Made by a program: the position numbers and the translations under genes | Notes under the pieces: generated by a model | What the model saw: the letters and a program-made list of their open reading frames with translations, nothing else | Told to the model about the DNA's origin: nothing | Databases searched by the model: none | Assembly (NCBI GenBank): GCA_035577025.1 | Contig: DATLVU010000052.1 | Span: forward strand, 7,303 to 71,302 | Source: Gemmatimonadales bacterium | GTDB taxonomy: Bacteria > Gemmatimonadota > Gemmatimonadetes > Gemmatimonadales > GWC2-71-9 | Reading direction: 5' to 3' | Length of the DNA: 64,000 nucleotides | In this document: positions 44,783 through 52,660 of the stretch, in pieces | How the letters are laid out: each line of letters starts with the position of its first letter | Position numbering within the stretch: position 1 is the first letter of the stretch

Positions 44783-46975
44783 CTAATACGTCCAGGTCGC
44801 GACGACCGACATCGTGCGTACGGGCTCGAGGGTACGCGGCACGAAGTTGTACATGTAGTTCAGGGCATTGGTGACGAGCAGTCGTGCGGAAACCGGACCC
44901 CGCTCCCATCCCGCGCGCAGGTCCAGCACGCGCGCCGCCACGCGGGGATCCTGGCCGAAGATCTGGTCGAGCTCGATGCGCTCGATCCTGCTCGTGTACC
45001 GGAAATCGGCGCCCACGGACCACGATCGCCACCGATAGTCGGAGCTCACGGTGAAGAGATGCCTCGGCCGGAACGACAGGACCGTGTCGCGGGTCAGGTC
45101 GCGGCTATCGAGATACAGATAGGCAAGGGTAGCGGTCAGCGCCGGAACGGGCGTGACCGCGATCGATGCGTCGAGCCCTCTGAGCCTCGCACGCGAGACG
45201 TTCCGGATCTGGATCTCAGGCGTGGAATCCACGAGGATGAACGCGGGCTCGATTAGCTGGCTCGCCTCGGTCCAGAAGAGCGCAGCATCGAGGTGACCCC
45301 ACGACGCAAATGCACCCGAGTTGCCGATCTCGAACGACCACGCGGTCTCCGGGCGGAGATCGGGGTTCGGAACCACCTTGAATCCGAATGCCGTCGTCGT
45401 CACGTACCGCTCGGCGAGCGTCGGGGCACGGAAGCCGCGTCCGGCGGAGGCACGCCAGGTGCCCAGTGCGCTGGGCATCACGGCCCCGATGCGCGGACTT
45501 GCTACGGTCGTCGCGATGGAGTCATCGACGATGACGTGGTCGAGCCGCGCGCCCGCGGTCAGCATGAGGCGACCGATTCGCTGCTCCGCCTCTCCGTACG
45601 GCGCGAGCTCGATCTCCGTATGGTCGCCCACGCGCCCGGAGTCGCCGAAGATGTCGCTCGTGGTTCCCGTATGCGCGCCTTCGATCCCCACCGTGAATAC
45701 GCGGTCATCGCCACCCCCGACATGGAGTACCCCACGCGCTTCGGCGCCGAGGCGATTCGCCACGGACCAATCGTCGGGATTCGCGTCCGTAAAGTGGGTG
45801 CGCAGCCACGAGCCGCGCGCCTGCCACGCGAAGCTAGGCGACGAGGTTCGATCGAGCGTGGCCGCGACGTATCCCTTGTTGGACCGCGTGTAGCTGCCGC
45901 GCCCCGAGTTGTCGATCATGAACGGTTGATAGGCTTGCCCGCGCGTGTCACACGCTCCGGCGACGCACCAGGTGGGGAAGTTCTGGTACTGATGGCTGGT
46001 CCATGCGCCCGAGGCCGTCACGCGCGTGCCAGGCTCGGGTACCCACTCCGCGCGGCCTGACGTCTCCCATTGGTTGCTCCGGTCCTGCTCGCGATAACCA
46101 TCCGAATGGCGCCCGCCCAGTGTGAGGCTGCCACGCACGGTCTCGGTCCCATAGGAGCCCGTGGCGTCAACGCCCGCCAGTCCACCGGTGTAGTCCCGGA
46201 ACTGCCACGCATCGTATGGCGGGTTCGCATATGTGCCACCTGTCGCGCGGAATCGCCCGTGAAAGCCGACGGGGATATCGTGCGTTATCAGATTCACCAC
46301 GCCGCCCAGGGCGGCTGATCCGTACAGCGCGGATCCCGCGCCCTTCACCGCCTCGACGTGATCCACGTCGGCGACCGGGACCATGTCCCAGTCGATGCCG
46401 CCTCGGTCGCCCTGGTTGGCCGGCACACCGTCCACGAGCAGCAGGACGCGCGACCCCAGGCCTTCGACAAAGCCGCTCGAGCCGCGGATGTTCACCTGTC
46501 CGTTGAGGAACAGGACGCCAGGGGCCTTGTTCACGGCCTCGTCCACCGTACTCACGGCCCGCCGGGCGAGGTCGGTGTCGCTCACGAGCGCCACGCTCGT
46601 GACGGACTGATCGAGGAGCTGGGAGTGCTTCGCGGCCGTGACGATGGTCGGTTGGAGCTCGACGGCCGCGGCTTCGAGACGATAGTCGCGCTCGAGGGAG
46701 TCGCCCGCGGCCAGGACGACGGTGTCCACGATCGATCGCAAACCGAGGTACGCGACGCGCACCACGGCCGTTCCCCCGACGATCATCAAGCGATAGCGAC
46801 CGGTGGCGTCCGCGGTCGTTTCGCGGCCGCTCTTTACATCGCGCACGTTCGCTCGGACGGGGTGGCTGAGCGTGTCCCGCACGACGCCGTACAGCGTGGC
46901 TGTTCCCTGCGCCGTCGCGGCGCCGAGGGGTATGGTGGCGAGCCCCATCAGAAGGAGGAGGCGTCTCAGGGGCAC
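44783..46975 (-). CDS. TonB-dependent receptor with carboxypeptidase-regulatory-like N-domain
   Basis: Signal peptide, then LYGVVRD...ATGRYRL domain, then plug (VNIRGSSGF...VEAVKGAGSALYGSAALGGVVNLIT). The barrel ends in ATWTY. Confidence 0.9.
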   Translation of the reverse strand: MPLRRLLLLMGLATIPLGAATAQGTATLYGVVRDTLSHPVRANVRDVKSGRETTADATGRYRLMIVGGTAVVRVAYLGLRSIVDTVVLAAGDSLERDYRLEAAAVELQPTIVTAAKHSQLLDQSVTSVALVSDTDLARRAVSTVDEAVNKAPGVLFLNGQVNIRGSSGFVEGLGSRVLLLVDGVPANQGDRGGIDWDMVPVADVDHVEAVKGAGSALYGSAALGGVVNLITHDIPVGFHGRFRATGGTYANPPYDAWQFRDYTGGLAGVDATGSYGTETVRGSLTLGGRHSDGYREQDRSNQWETSGRAEWVPEPGTRVTASGAWTSHQYQNFPTWCVAGACDTRGQAYQPFMIDNSGRGSYTRSNKGYVAATLDRTSSPSFAWQARGSWLRTHFTDANPDDWSVANRLGAEARGVLHVGGGDDRVFTVGIEGAHTGTTSDIFGDSGRVGDHTEIELAPYGEAEQRIGRLMLTAGARLDHVIVDDSIATTVASPRIGAVMPSALGTWRASAGRGFRAPTLAERYVTTTAFGFKVVPNPDLRPETAWSFEIGNSGAFASWGHLDAALFWTEASQLIEPAFILVDSTPEIQIRNVSRARLRGLDASIAVTPVPALTATLAYLYLDSRDLTRDTVLSFRPRHLFTVSSDYRWRSWSVGADFRYTSRIERIELDQIFGQDPRVAARVLDLRAGWERGPVSARLLVTNALNYMYNFVPRTLEPVRTMSVVATWTY

Positions 46976-47475
46976 GGGGGGCTGTAGTAGTGGCAGGGGG
47001 GGTGCATGTGACCGAAGTCGATGACGAAGTTGATCGAGTCCGCCGGCTGCGTCGCTCCGGCGACGGTCACCACGCCGGGCTGACTGGTGTCAGCTGGATC
47101 ACGGTAGTAGCCAGCCTCGCGCAGCGTGGAGTCGGCGTTGGTGAGGTTGAATCCCTGCTTTACCCACACGGCCAGGACCCACTCGTAGCGTCCCGGCGGC
47201 ACGGCGGCGTCATAGAAGGTCGGGATGCCGGTGAGTGGGAGCGCCCGCAGGGCGGCGAGTGATGGCTGAAATTTGAACAAGCTATCCTGCGAATGCGGAA
47301 ACGTGTGGTAGGCGACGACGTACACGGCCTGGGTGCTCTCGGGCGCCGTGCCGTTGAACGTCACCGTGCCGCAGATGCCGGAACACGTGGTGGGACGCAG
47401 CCCGTCGTTGCAAGCCAACGCGGCCACGACGGCGAGCGCGGCCCGCGCAACCCGACTCCGCATGGCAGCAATCAT
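46966..47475 (-). CDS. hypothetical lipoprotein
   Basis: MIAAMRSRVARAALAVVAALACN lipobox (the start could be 47463). The stop overlaps the receptor start by 10 nt. Cys-rich C-terminus (HPPCHYYSPPCP). Confidence 0.6.
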   Translation of the reverse strand: MIAAMRSRVARAALAVVAALACNDGLRPTTCSGICGTVTFNGTAPESTQAVYVVAYHTFPHSQDSLFKFQPSLAALRALPLTGIPTFYDAAVPPGRYEWVLAVWVKQGFNLTNADSTLREAGYYRDPADTSQPGVVTVAGATQPADSINFVIDFGHMHPPCHYYSPPCP

Positions 47476-47539
47476 TGGCGCGTGCCCCCGGAGCGTCAAC
47501 TTGACAGCCTGTTTCACGGCGGAATACGTTCTTTCCGCC

Positions 47540-47704
47540 ATGCCGATTTACGAATACCGCTGCACGAAGTGTCGCGCGCGCTTCAGCCAGCAACAGGCGA
47601 TCGACGAGCACGCCCGCAAGCGGCCGGCCTGCCCCAAATGCAAGTCGCACGCGGTGGAGCAGGTACTGTCGCCGTTCTTCGCGAAAACCGTCCGGAAAAG
47701 CTAG
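47540..47704 (+). CDS. FmdB-family zinc-ribbon protein
   Basis: MPIYEYRCTKCRARF...CPKCKS is the CxxC_CxxC_SSSS pattern. Confidence 0.8.
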   Translation: MPIYEYRCTKCRARFSQQQAIDEHARKRPACPKCKSHAVEQVLSPFFAKTVRKS

Positions 47705-47710
47705 CGCGCC

Positions 47711-48280
47711 GTGTTCGAGCGCCTCCGGCACGCCTTGGGCGCCGCCCTGGACGCGGCGACGCCGCCGGGGGATTTGCGTGACCTGACGCGCCAGATGCGC
47801 GAGGCGGTGGTCGAGGCGAAGGTCGCCGTGCAGGAAACGCGCGACGCCGTGGCCCGCACCGAGGGTGAGCTGACGCAGGAGCGGCAGCGGCTCGCCGACG
47901 CCGAGCGCCGCGGTCGACTGGCGGCGGAGATCCAGGACGCGGAGACGGCCGAGATCGCGCAGCGGTTCGCCGCGAAGCATCGGGAACGGGTGACGGTGCT
48001 CGAGAAGAAGCTGGCGGCACTCCGGGATGAATCGAGTCTCTACGAGCGCGAGCTCGGTGACATGCAGACGCAGCTCGCCCGCGCCGAGCGGGAACGGCCG
48101 CAGACCGAGGCGGAGCGCTCAGCCGAGCGGGCCTGGCGCAATCTGCAGAGCGCCGGGGGCGCCCGCCCGGGTGTCGACCCCAAGGAAGAGCTGCTCAAGT
48201 CGCAGATGGACCGCGCGGCGCGCGAGGCAGCCGCCGACCGCCAGCTCGAGGAGCTCAAGAAAAAGATGAAGAAGGACTGA
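47711..48280 (+). CDS. coiled-coil protein, PspA/IM30-like (tentative)
   Basis: 189 aa, almost entirely heptad-like charged helix (EAKVAVQETRDAVARTEGELTQERQRLADAERR). The family call is weak. Confidence 0.5.
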   Translation: MFERLRHALGAALDAATPPGDLRDLTRQMREAVVEAKVAVQETRDAVARTEGELTQERQRLADAERRGRLAAEIQDAETAEIAQRFAAKHRERVTVLEKKLAALRDESSLYERELGDMQTQLARAERERPQTEAERSAERAWRNLQSAGGARPGVDPKEELLKSQMDRAAREAAADRQLEELKKKMKKD

Positions 48281-48283
48281 CCG

Positions 48284-49270
48284 GTGCTCGCTCTAGTACT
48301 CCTCGCCTTGCAGGCGCCGACCCCGACCCCGCGCCCGCCCGACCTGCTCAAGCGAGCTCACACCTACAGTATCGTCGCCTACGACTCCGCCACGGGGGAC
48401 TTGGGCGTTGCCGTTCAATCCAAGTTCCCGAACGTCGGGGGCATCGTGCCGTGGGCCAAGTCCGGCGTGGGTGCGGTGGCCACGCAGTCGCTCGGCAACA
48501 CGGATTACGGCGACAAGGGTCTCGAGCTCATGGCGATGGGCGCCAGTGCGCCGGAAGCGATGCGCATTGTGATGCGAACGGATCCGCGGCCCGCGCAGCG
48601 GCAGGTGGGCATGATCGACGCGCACGGCGCGGCGGCGAGCTGGACGGGCGACTCCTGCTTCGACTGGGCCGGAGGGCGTAGCGGCGGTGGGAGCGTGGGT
48701 GGGAAGGGCCAGCTGATCGCGGGGCGAGGCTACGCGGCGCAGGCGAACATCATGGTCTCGGACCAGACCGTGAAGAACATGGCGGCGGCCTTCGAGCGTT
48801 CGACCGGCGCGCTGTCGGACCGGTTGCTCGCGGCGCTCATCGCCGGCCAGGCGGGCGGGGGCGACAAGCGGGGTATGGAATCGGCGGCGCTGCTCGTGGT
48901 GCGGAAGAACGGCGGATATCTCGGGCTGAACGATCGCTACATCGATATCCGCGTGTACGACGACTCCAATCCGATTCGCGAGCTCGAGCGCTTGTATCGT
49001 CTCCACCAGCTGTACTTCTTCACGAGCCGCCCCGAAGACCTCGTCCCGCTCACGCCGGCCCTGGTGAAGCGTTTCGAGCCGATCCTTATGCGCGAGCCGG
49101 TCGGCCAAGCGGAGAAGTGGCTGGACGCGCCTCAAGGCACCGCGAACCGCAAGTTTCTCGAAGCGCTCGCCAATTTCATGTACTGGGAGAACTACGACGT
49201 CCGCGTGCGGATGGACGGCAAGATCGACACGGTGGTGGTGAACGACATCTTCAAGCGGCGCAAGCCATGA
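48284..49270 (+). CDS. DUF1028-family (Ntn-hydrolase-like) protein with C-terminal extension
   Basis: HTYSIVAYDSATGDLGVAVQSKFPNVGGIVPWAKSGVGAVATQS is typical of the DUF1028 N-terminus. Confidence 0.8.
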   Translation: MLALVLLALQAPTPTPRPPDLLKRAHTYSIVAYDSATGDLGVAVQSKFPNVGGIVPWAKSGVGAVATQSLGNTDYGDKGLELMAMGASAPEAMRIVMRTDPRPAQRQVGMIDAHGAAASWTGDSCFDWAGGRSGGGSVGGKGQLIAGRGYAAQANIMVSDQTVKNMAAAFERSTGALSDRLLAALIAGQAGGGDKRGMESAALLVVRKNGGYLGLNDRYIDIRVYDDSNPIRELERLYRLHQLYFFTSRPEDLVPLTPALVKRFEPILMREPVGQAEKWLDAPQGTANRKFLEALANFMYWENYDVRVRMDGKIDTVVVNDIFKRRKP

Positions 49271-49356
49271 GCTTGATCGGCGGCGTGCTGTCCTGGTTCC
49301 GGGTGGCGTTCGGGCCGGGACCGCGCTCCGCGGACGGGCGGCGCTCCGGAGGAAGC

Positions 49357-49752
49357 ATGGATATCAAGCGCGACCGCATGGTGTTCCTCGGCTACGGCAA
49401 GTATTGGCGCTCGGACGGCATCATCGGACTGATGCCGATCGAGGAAGAGCGCGGGCCCAAGCGCCGGACCAGTGTGTTCGTCCAGGGGCGTCCCGATCCG
49501 ATCGTGGCGTCGCGGACGGAGCAAAGCATCCTGGAGGACATGGGCGCCACCGAGAGCGGCTTCCAGACGCAGGCGCTGCGCGAAGCCGTCACGGAGCTGC
49601 TCGCGGCGTTTCACGAGTTCTCGCCGGTGCTGCGGCGCGCCCTGCTGAGCGAGAACCATTTCGACGTGGAGCAGTGGGAGCAGCGCGTGGGCGAGCTATT
49701 ACGCTCGCAGCCGGCCGCGGAATCCGACGATCAGAATGAGTTGTTCGAGTGA
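49357..49752 (+). CDS. hypothetical protein
   Basis: ATG 49357 follows GGAGGAAGC; the alternative ATG 49267 overlaps the upstream stop. No confident family; there is only a faint DUF370-like feel. Confidence 0.5.
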   Translation: MDIKRDRMVFLGYGKYWRSDGIIGLMPIEEERGPKRRTSVFVQGRPDPIVASRTEQSILEDMGATESGFQTQALREAVTELLAAFHEFSPVLRRALLSENHFDVEQWEQRVGELLRSQPAAESDDQNELFE

Positions 49753-51068
49753 CCGCGGCGACCCCCGTTTCGCCGTTACGCGACACCAGCTGGCTGGGGC
49801 ACCCCCGCGGGCTGTCGACCCTCTTCTTCACGGAGATGTGGGAGCGGTTCAGCTACTACGGGATGCGCGGATTCCTCATCCTGTACATGGTCAAGGCGCT
49901 CGGCTTCAGCGACCAACACGCGGGCGCCGTGTACGGGAACTACGTCGGCAGCGTGTGGCTCGCGGCGATCTTCGGTGGGTTTATCGCGGACCGCTGGCTC
50001 GGCCACTATCGCAGCGTCCTCATCGGCGGCGCCGTCATCGCGCTGGGCCATTTCACCCTCGCCTTGCACGCGCTGCCGTTCTTCTATACCGGTCTGTCCC
50101 TGATTGTGGTGGGTACCGGTTTGCTCAAACCGAACGTAAGCACGCTCGTGGGGGGACTGTACGATCAGGGCGACGAACGACGCGATGCTGGGTTTTCGAT
50201 CTTCTATATGGGCATCAACCTCGGGGCGTTTCTCGGCCCCATTATCGCGGGGAAGCTCGCCGAGGGCGTGGATTGGCACATCGGGTTCGCGTGCGCTGGG
50301 GTCGGCATGACCTTGGGACTCGTGCAGTACGTGGTTGGCCGAAGGCGGCTGCAGCCGGCGATGGATCGCCTGGCCGCCCGACCTGGGCCTGGGTCGACCG
50401 CTGTAGACATGTCCGGAGCTGATTTCACGGTCCAAGACTCGAAACGCGTAGCGGCGGTTGTCGTCTTCTTCGCGTTCGCCTCGCTTTTCTGGGGGGCGTA
50501 CGAGCAAGCCGGATCGACGCTCAATCTGTTCGCAGACCGCTACGTGCACCTGGAGCTGCTCGGGATAAAGCTCTATGCATCGTGGTTTGTATCGATCCAG
50601 GCTGCCTTCGTGATCCTGCTGTCGCCGGCCTTCGCGTGGTTGTGGGTGAAGCTCGGACCACGACAGCCCTCAAGTCCGGCCAAGTTCGCACTCGCGCTCA
50701 TGTTCGTCGGCTTGGCATTCGTCCTCCTCATCCCAGCGGGTGCGATCGCGCAGGGAGGCGTGAAGATCAGCCCCTTATGGCTGGTCGGGTGCTACTTCAT
50801 CGAAGAGCTCGGCGAGCTGTGCCTGAGCCCCGTCGGGCTGTCGGTCGTCACGAAGCTCGCACCGACACGGATCGTTGGACTCATGCTCGGTGTGTTCTTC
50901 CTCTCCAACGCCTTGGGTAACAAGCTGGCCGGCTGGTCGGCCGGGTTCATCAGCACGACCCCGTTGCCCACCCTGTTCGGCGCGACCGCAGCGGTGACTC
51001 TGGGTGCCGCCGTGGTCATGTTCTTGCTCATTCGGCCGGTGCAGCGATTGATGGGCGACGTGCGTTGA
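49749..51068 (+). CDS. POT/PTR2-family proton-dependent oligopeptide transporter
   Basis: GHPRGLSTLFFTEMWERFSYYGMRGFLILYM signature; about 12 TM segments. Confidence 0.92.
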   Translation: MTAATPVSPLRDTSWLGHPRGLSTLFFTEMWERFSYYGMRGFLILYMVKALGFSDQHAGAVYGNYVGSVWLAAIFGGFIADRWLGHYRSVLIGGAVIALGHFTLALHALPFFYTGLSLIVVGTGLLKPNVSTLVGGLYDQGDERRDAGFSIFYMGINLGAFLGPIIAGKLAEGVDWHIGFACAGVGMTLGLVQYVVGRRRLQPAMDRLAARPGPGSTAVDMSGADFTVQDSKRVAAVVVFFAFASLFWGAYEQAGSTLNLFADRYVHLELLGIKLYASWFVSIQAAFVILLSPAFAWLWVKLGPRQPSSPAKFALALMFVGLAFVLLIPAGAIAQGGVKISPLWLVGCYFIEELGELCLSPVGLSVVTKLAPTRIVGLMLGVFFLSNALGNKLAGWSAGFISTTPLPTLFGATAAVTLGAAVVMFLLIRPVQRLMGDVR

Positions 51069-51970
51069 CGCGCTACCGGGCACTTCTCGGGATGCTCTGC
51101 TTCGGCACGGCATCCGGGGCTACCGCCCAGGGGACCGCCCCTCGCGAGAGCACCGTCGTGGTGTTGCTCGGCACCGGCATGCCGCGCCCCGACCCGGAGG
51201 CATCGGGTCCGGCGACGGCGATCGTCGTCGGCGCACGAGTGTTCCTGGTGGACGCGGGCCCGGGCGTCGAGCGGCGGCTCGCCGCCGCCCACCTCCCGAT
51301 CGACGGCGTGACCGCACTGTTCGTCACCCACCTCCATAGCGATCACACGCTCGGGTATCCGGACCTGATCTTCACGTCGTGGGTGATGGGGCGAACGAAA
51401 CCGCTTGCGGCGTACGGTCCCCACGGCCTGCGTGCCATGACCGACCATATCCTCGCGGCCTGGGCGGAGGACATCGACGTGCGCACCAACGGGCTAGAGA
51501 AGCGCACGCCGGGCGGGTACCGGGTCGACGTGCACGAGATCAGTCCGGGGGTTGTGTACGACTCAGCGGGAGTGCGCGTGACGGCATTCGCCGTCGAGCA
51601 TGGGACCTGGCGCGAGGCGTATGGCTACCGCTTCGACACGCCGGGCCGGAGCGTGGTAATCTCCGGCGACACCAAACCAAGTGAGAGCCTGGTGCGCGCG
51701 GCCGCGGGAGCGGACGTGCTGGTGCACGAGGTCTACCCCGCCGCGCGCATGGTCGCCAACGCCACCGAGAGCACCCCCTGGCCGACCTACATGCGCGAGT
51801 TTCACACGTCGGACGTGGAGCTCGGGCAGCTCGCGGCGCGCATCCGGCCCAAGCTGCTGATCCTGTCGCACATCATCCGCCGCGGCGCGACCGACGAGGA
51901 ACTGCTCGCTGGTGTGCGGCAGTCGTTCGACGGCCGGGTGGTCGTGGGGCACGATCTGGAGCGGTACTGA
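51065..51970 (+). CDS. secreted MBL-fold metallo-hydrolase
   Basis: Signal peptide and the THLHSDH motif. The start overlaps the POT gene stop. Confidence 0.85.
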   Translation: MTRYRALLGMLCFGTASGATAQGTAPRESTVVVLLGTGMPRPDPEASGPATAIVVGARVFLVDAGPGVERRLAAAHLPIDGVTALFVTHLHSDHTLGYPDLIFTSWVMGRTKPLAAYGPHGLRAMTDHILAAWAEDIDVRTNGLEKRTPGGYRVDVHEISPGVVYDSAGVRVTAFAVEHGTWREAYGYRFDTPGRSVVISGDTKPSESLVRAAAGADVLVHEVYPAARMVANATESTPWPTYMREFHTSDVELGQLAARIRPKLLILSHIIRRGATDEELLAGVRQSFDGRVVVGHDLERY

Positions 51971-51980
51971 ACCGCTCCGC

Positions 51981-52008
51981 GGGAGGTTGGGGAGGTTGGG
52001 GGAGGTTA
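51981..52008. repeat. three tandem GGGAGGTT(G/A) units (Shine-Dalgarno-like GGAGG cores)
   Basis: Read directly from the sequence; the period is 9-10 nt. It lies in the intergenic region, next to the left REP. Confidence 0.9.
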
Positions 52009-52032
52009 GTGAGTTTTCCACTTCTTGTGTTG

Positions 52033-52056
52033 CCCCGGGCTTGCGCCCGGGGTCAG
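52033..52056. repeat. REP hairpin CCCCGGGC-TTGC-GCCCGGGG + TCAG
   Basis: 8-bp G/C stem with a tetraloop. It overlaps the RAYT stop codon (52053-52055). Confidence 0.9.
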
Positions 52057-52454
52057 TGAACCCGTCCAGTCCGAGGGATGCGATCGGGGTGGTGCTCGAA
52101 TTGGCGCGCCACGTAGACGATCGCACGGGCGAGATCCTTCTTGTGCAGGGTTGCCGCGTAGAAACCTCGCGACCAGCGCACCGCGCCAGGAATTCGGCGG
52201 TTGGCGCGTACCGCTCCGACACTCTTGGCCAATCGTACGAAGTCGCTCTGGCGCGTATTCGGCCGAAAGCTCACGACCAGATGGACATGGTCCGCTAGGA
52301 TCGCCTGCCGTAGGACCCGCACACCGGAATTGTGGCAGGCGCTCCTGATTGCGCTCTCGAGGTCGTTAGCTGCCGTTCGGTCGATGCATCCTACACGCTT
52401 CCAGGTGTGCCAGGTGACGTGGGCGTAAAGCTGGTATGCGCGGTGATCGGACAT
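52053..52454 (-). CDS. REP-associated tyrosine transposase (IS200/Y1_Tnp family)
   Basis: YQLYAHVTWHTW..., the HUH motif ADHVHLVVSF, and C-terminal IVYVARQFEHH carrying the candidate catalytic Tyr. ATG 52454. Confidence 0.85.
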   Translation of the reverse strand: MSDHRAYQLYAHVTWHTWKRVGCIDRTAANDLESAIRSACHNSGVRVLRQAILADHVHLVVSFRPNTRQSDFVRLAKSVGAVRANRRIPGAVRWSRGFYAATLHKKDLARAIVYVARQFEHHPDRIPRTGRVH

Positions 52455-52470
52455 TGGACTGGTGCCTTTA

Positions 52471-52590
52471 CTGACCCCGGGCGCAAGCCCGGGGATCACC
52501 AAAGGCTCGATGAGGGGTCTCCCTGACCCCGGGCGCAAGCCCGGGGATCACCAAAGGTTCGACGAGAGGTCTCCCTGACCCCGGGCGCAA
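52471..52590. repeat. tandem REP array, 52-bp unit x about 2.3
   Basis: CTGACCCCGGGCGCAAGCCCGGGG occurs at 52471 and 52523, with a truncated copy at 52575. The inter-REP segments are nearly identical (ATCACCAAAGG(C/T)TCGA(T/C)GAG(G/A)GGTCTCC). Confidence 0.95.
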
Positions 52591-52660
52591 TCTTCGCAAC
52601 GATGCCCTGTCCACAGCGCCCGAATTCGGCGCTGAGGTCCAGACTATTGCAGCGACGGGG

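Larger units (their letters stand above)
52033..52590. mobile_element. RAYT-REP unit (Y1 transposase flanked by inverted REP hairpins)
   Basis: The left REP at 52033-52056 is the exact reverse complement of the REPs at 52471-52494 and 52523-52546. The gene between them encodes an IS200-like Y1 transposase. Confidence 0.8.

Noticed and set aside
52009-52059. A 16-codon GTG mini-ORF following the third GGAGG unit and reading through the left REP.
   Set aside because: There is no support beyond spacing from an SD-like motif, and it is most likely fortuitous. It is mentioned only under the SD-like repeat finding.
52471-52590. A regularly spaced palindromic repeat array that could be mistaken for a small CRISPR.
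   Set aside because: There are only about 2.3 units. The 28-nt segments between the palindromes are nearly identical to each other, so this is a tandem duplication rather than unique spacers. The palindrome matches the inverted REP flanking a Y1 transposase. No cas genes are present.
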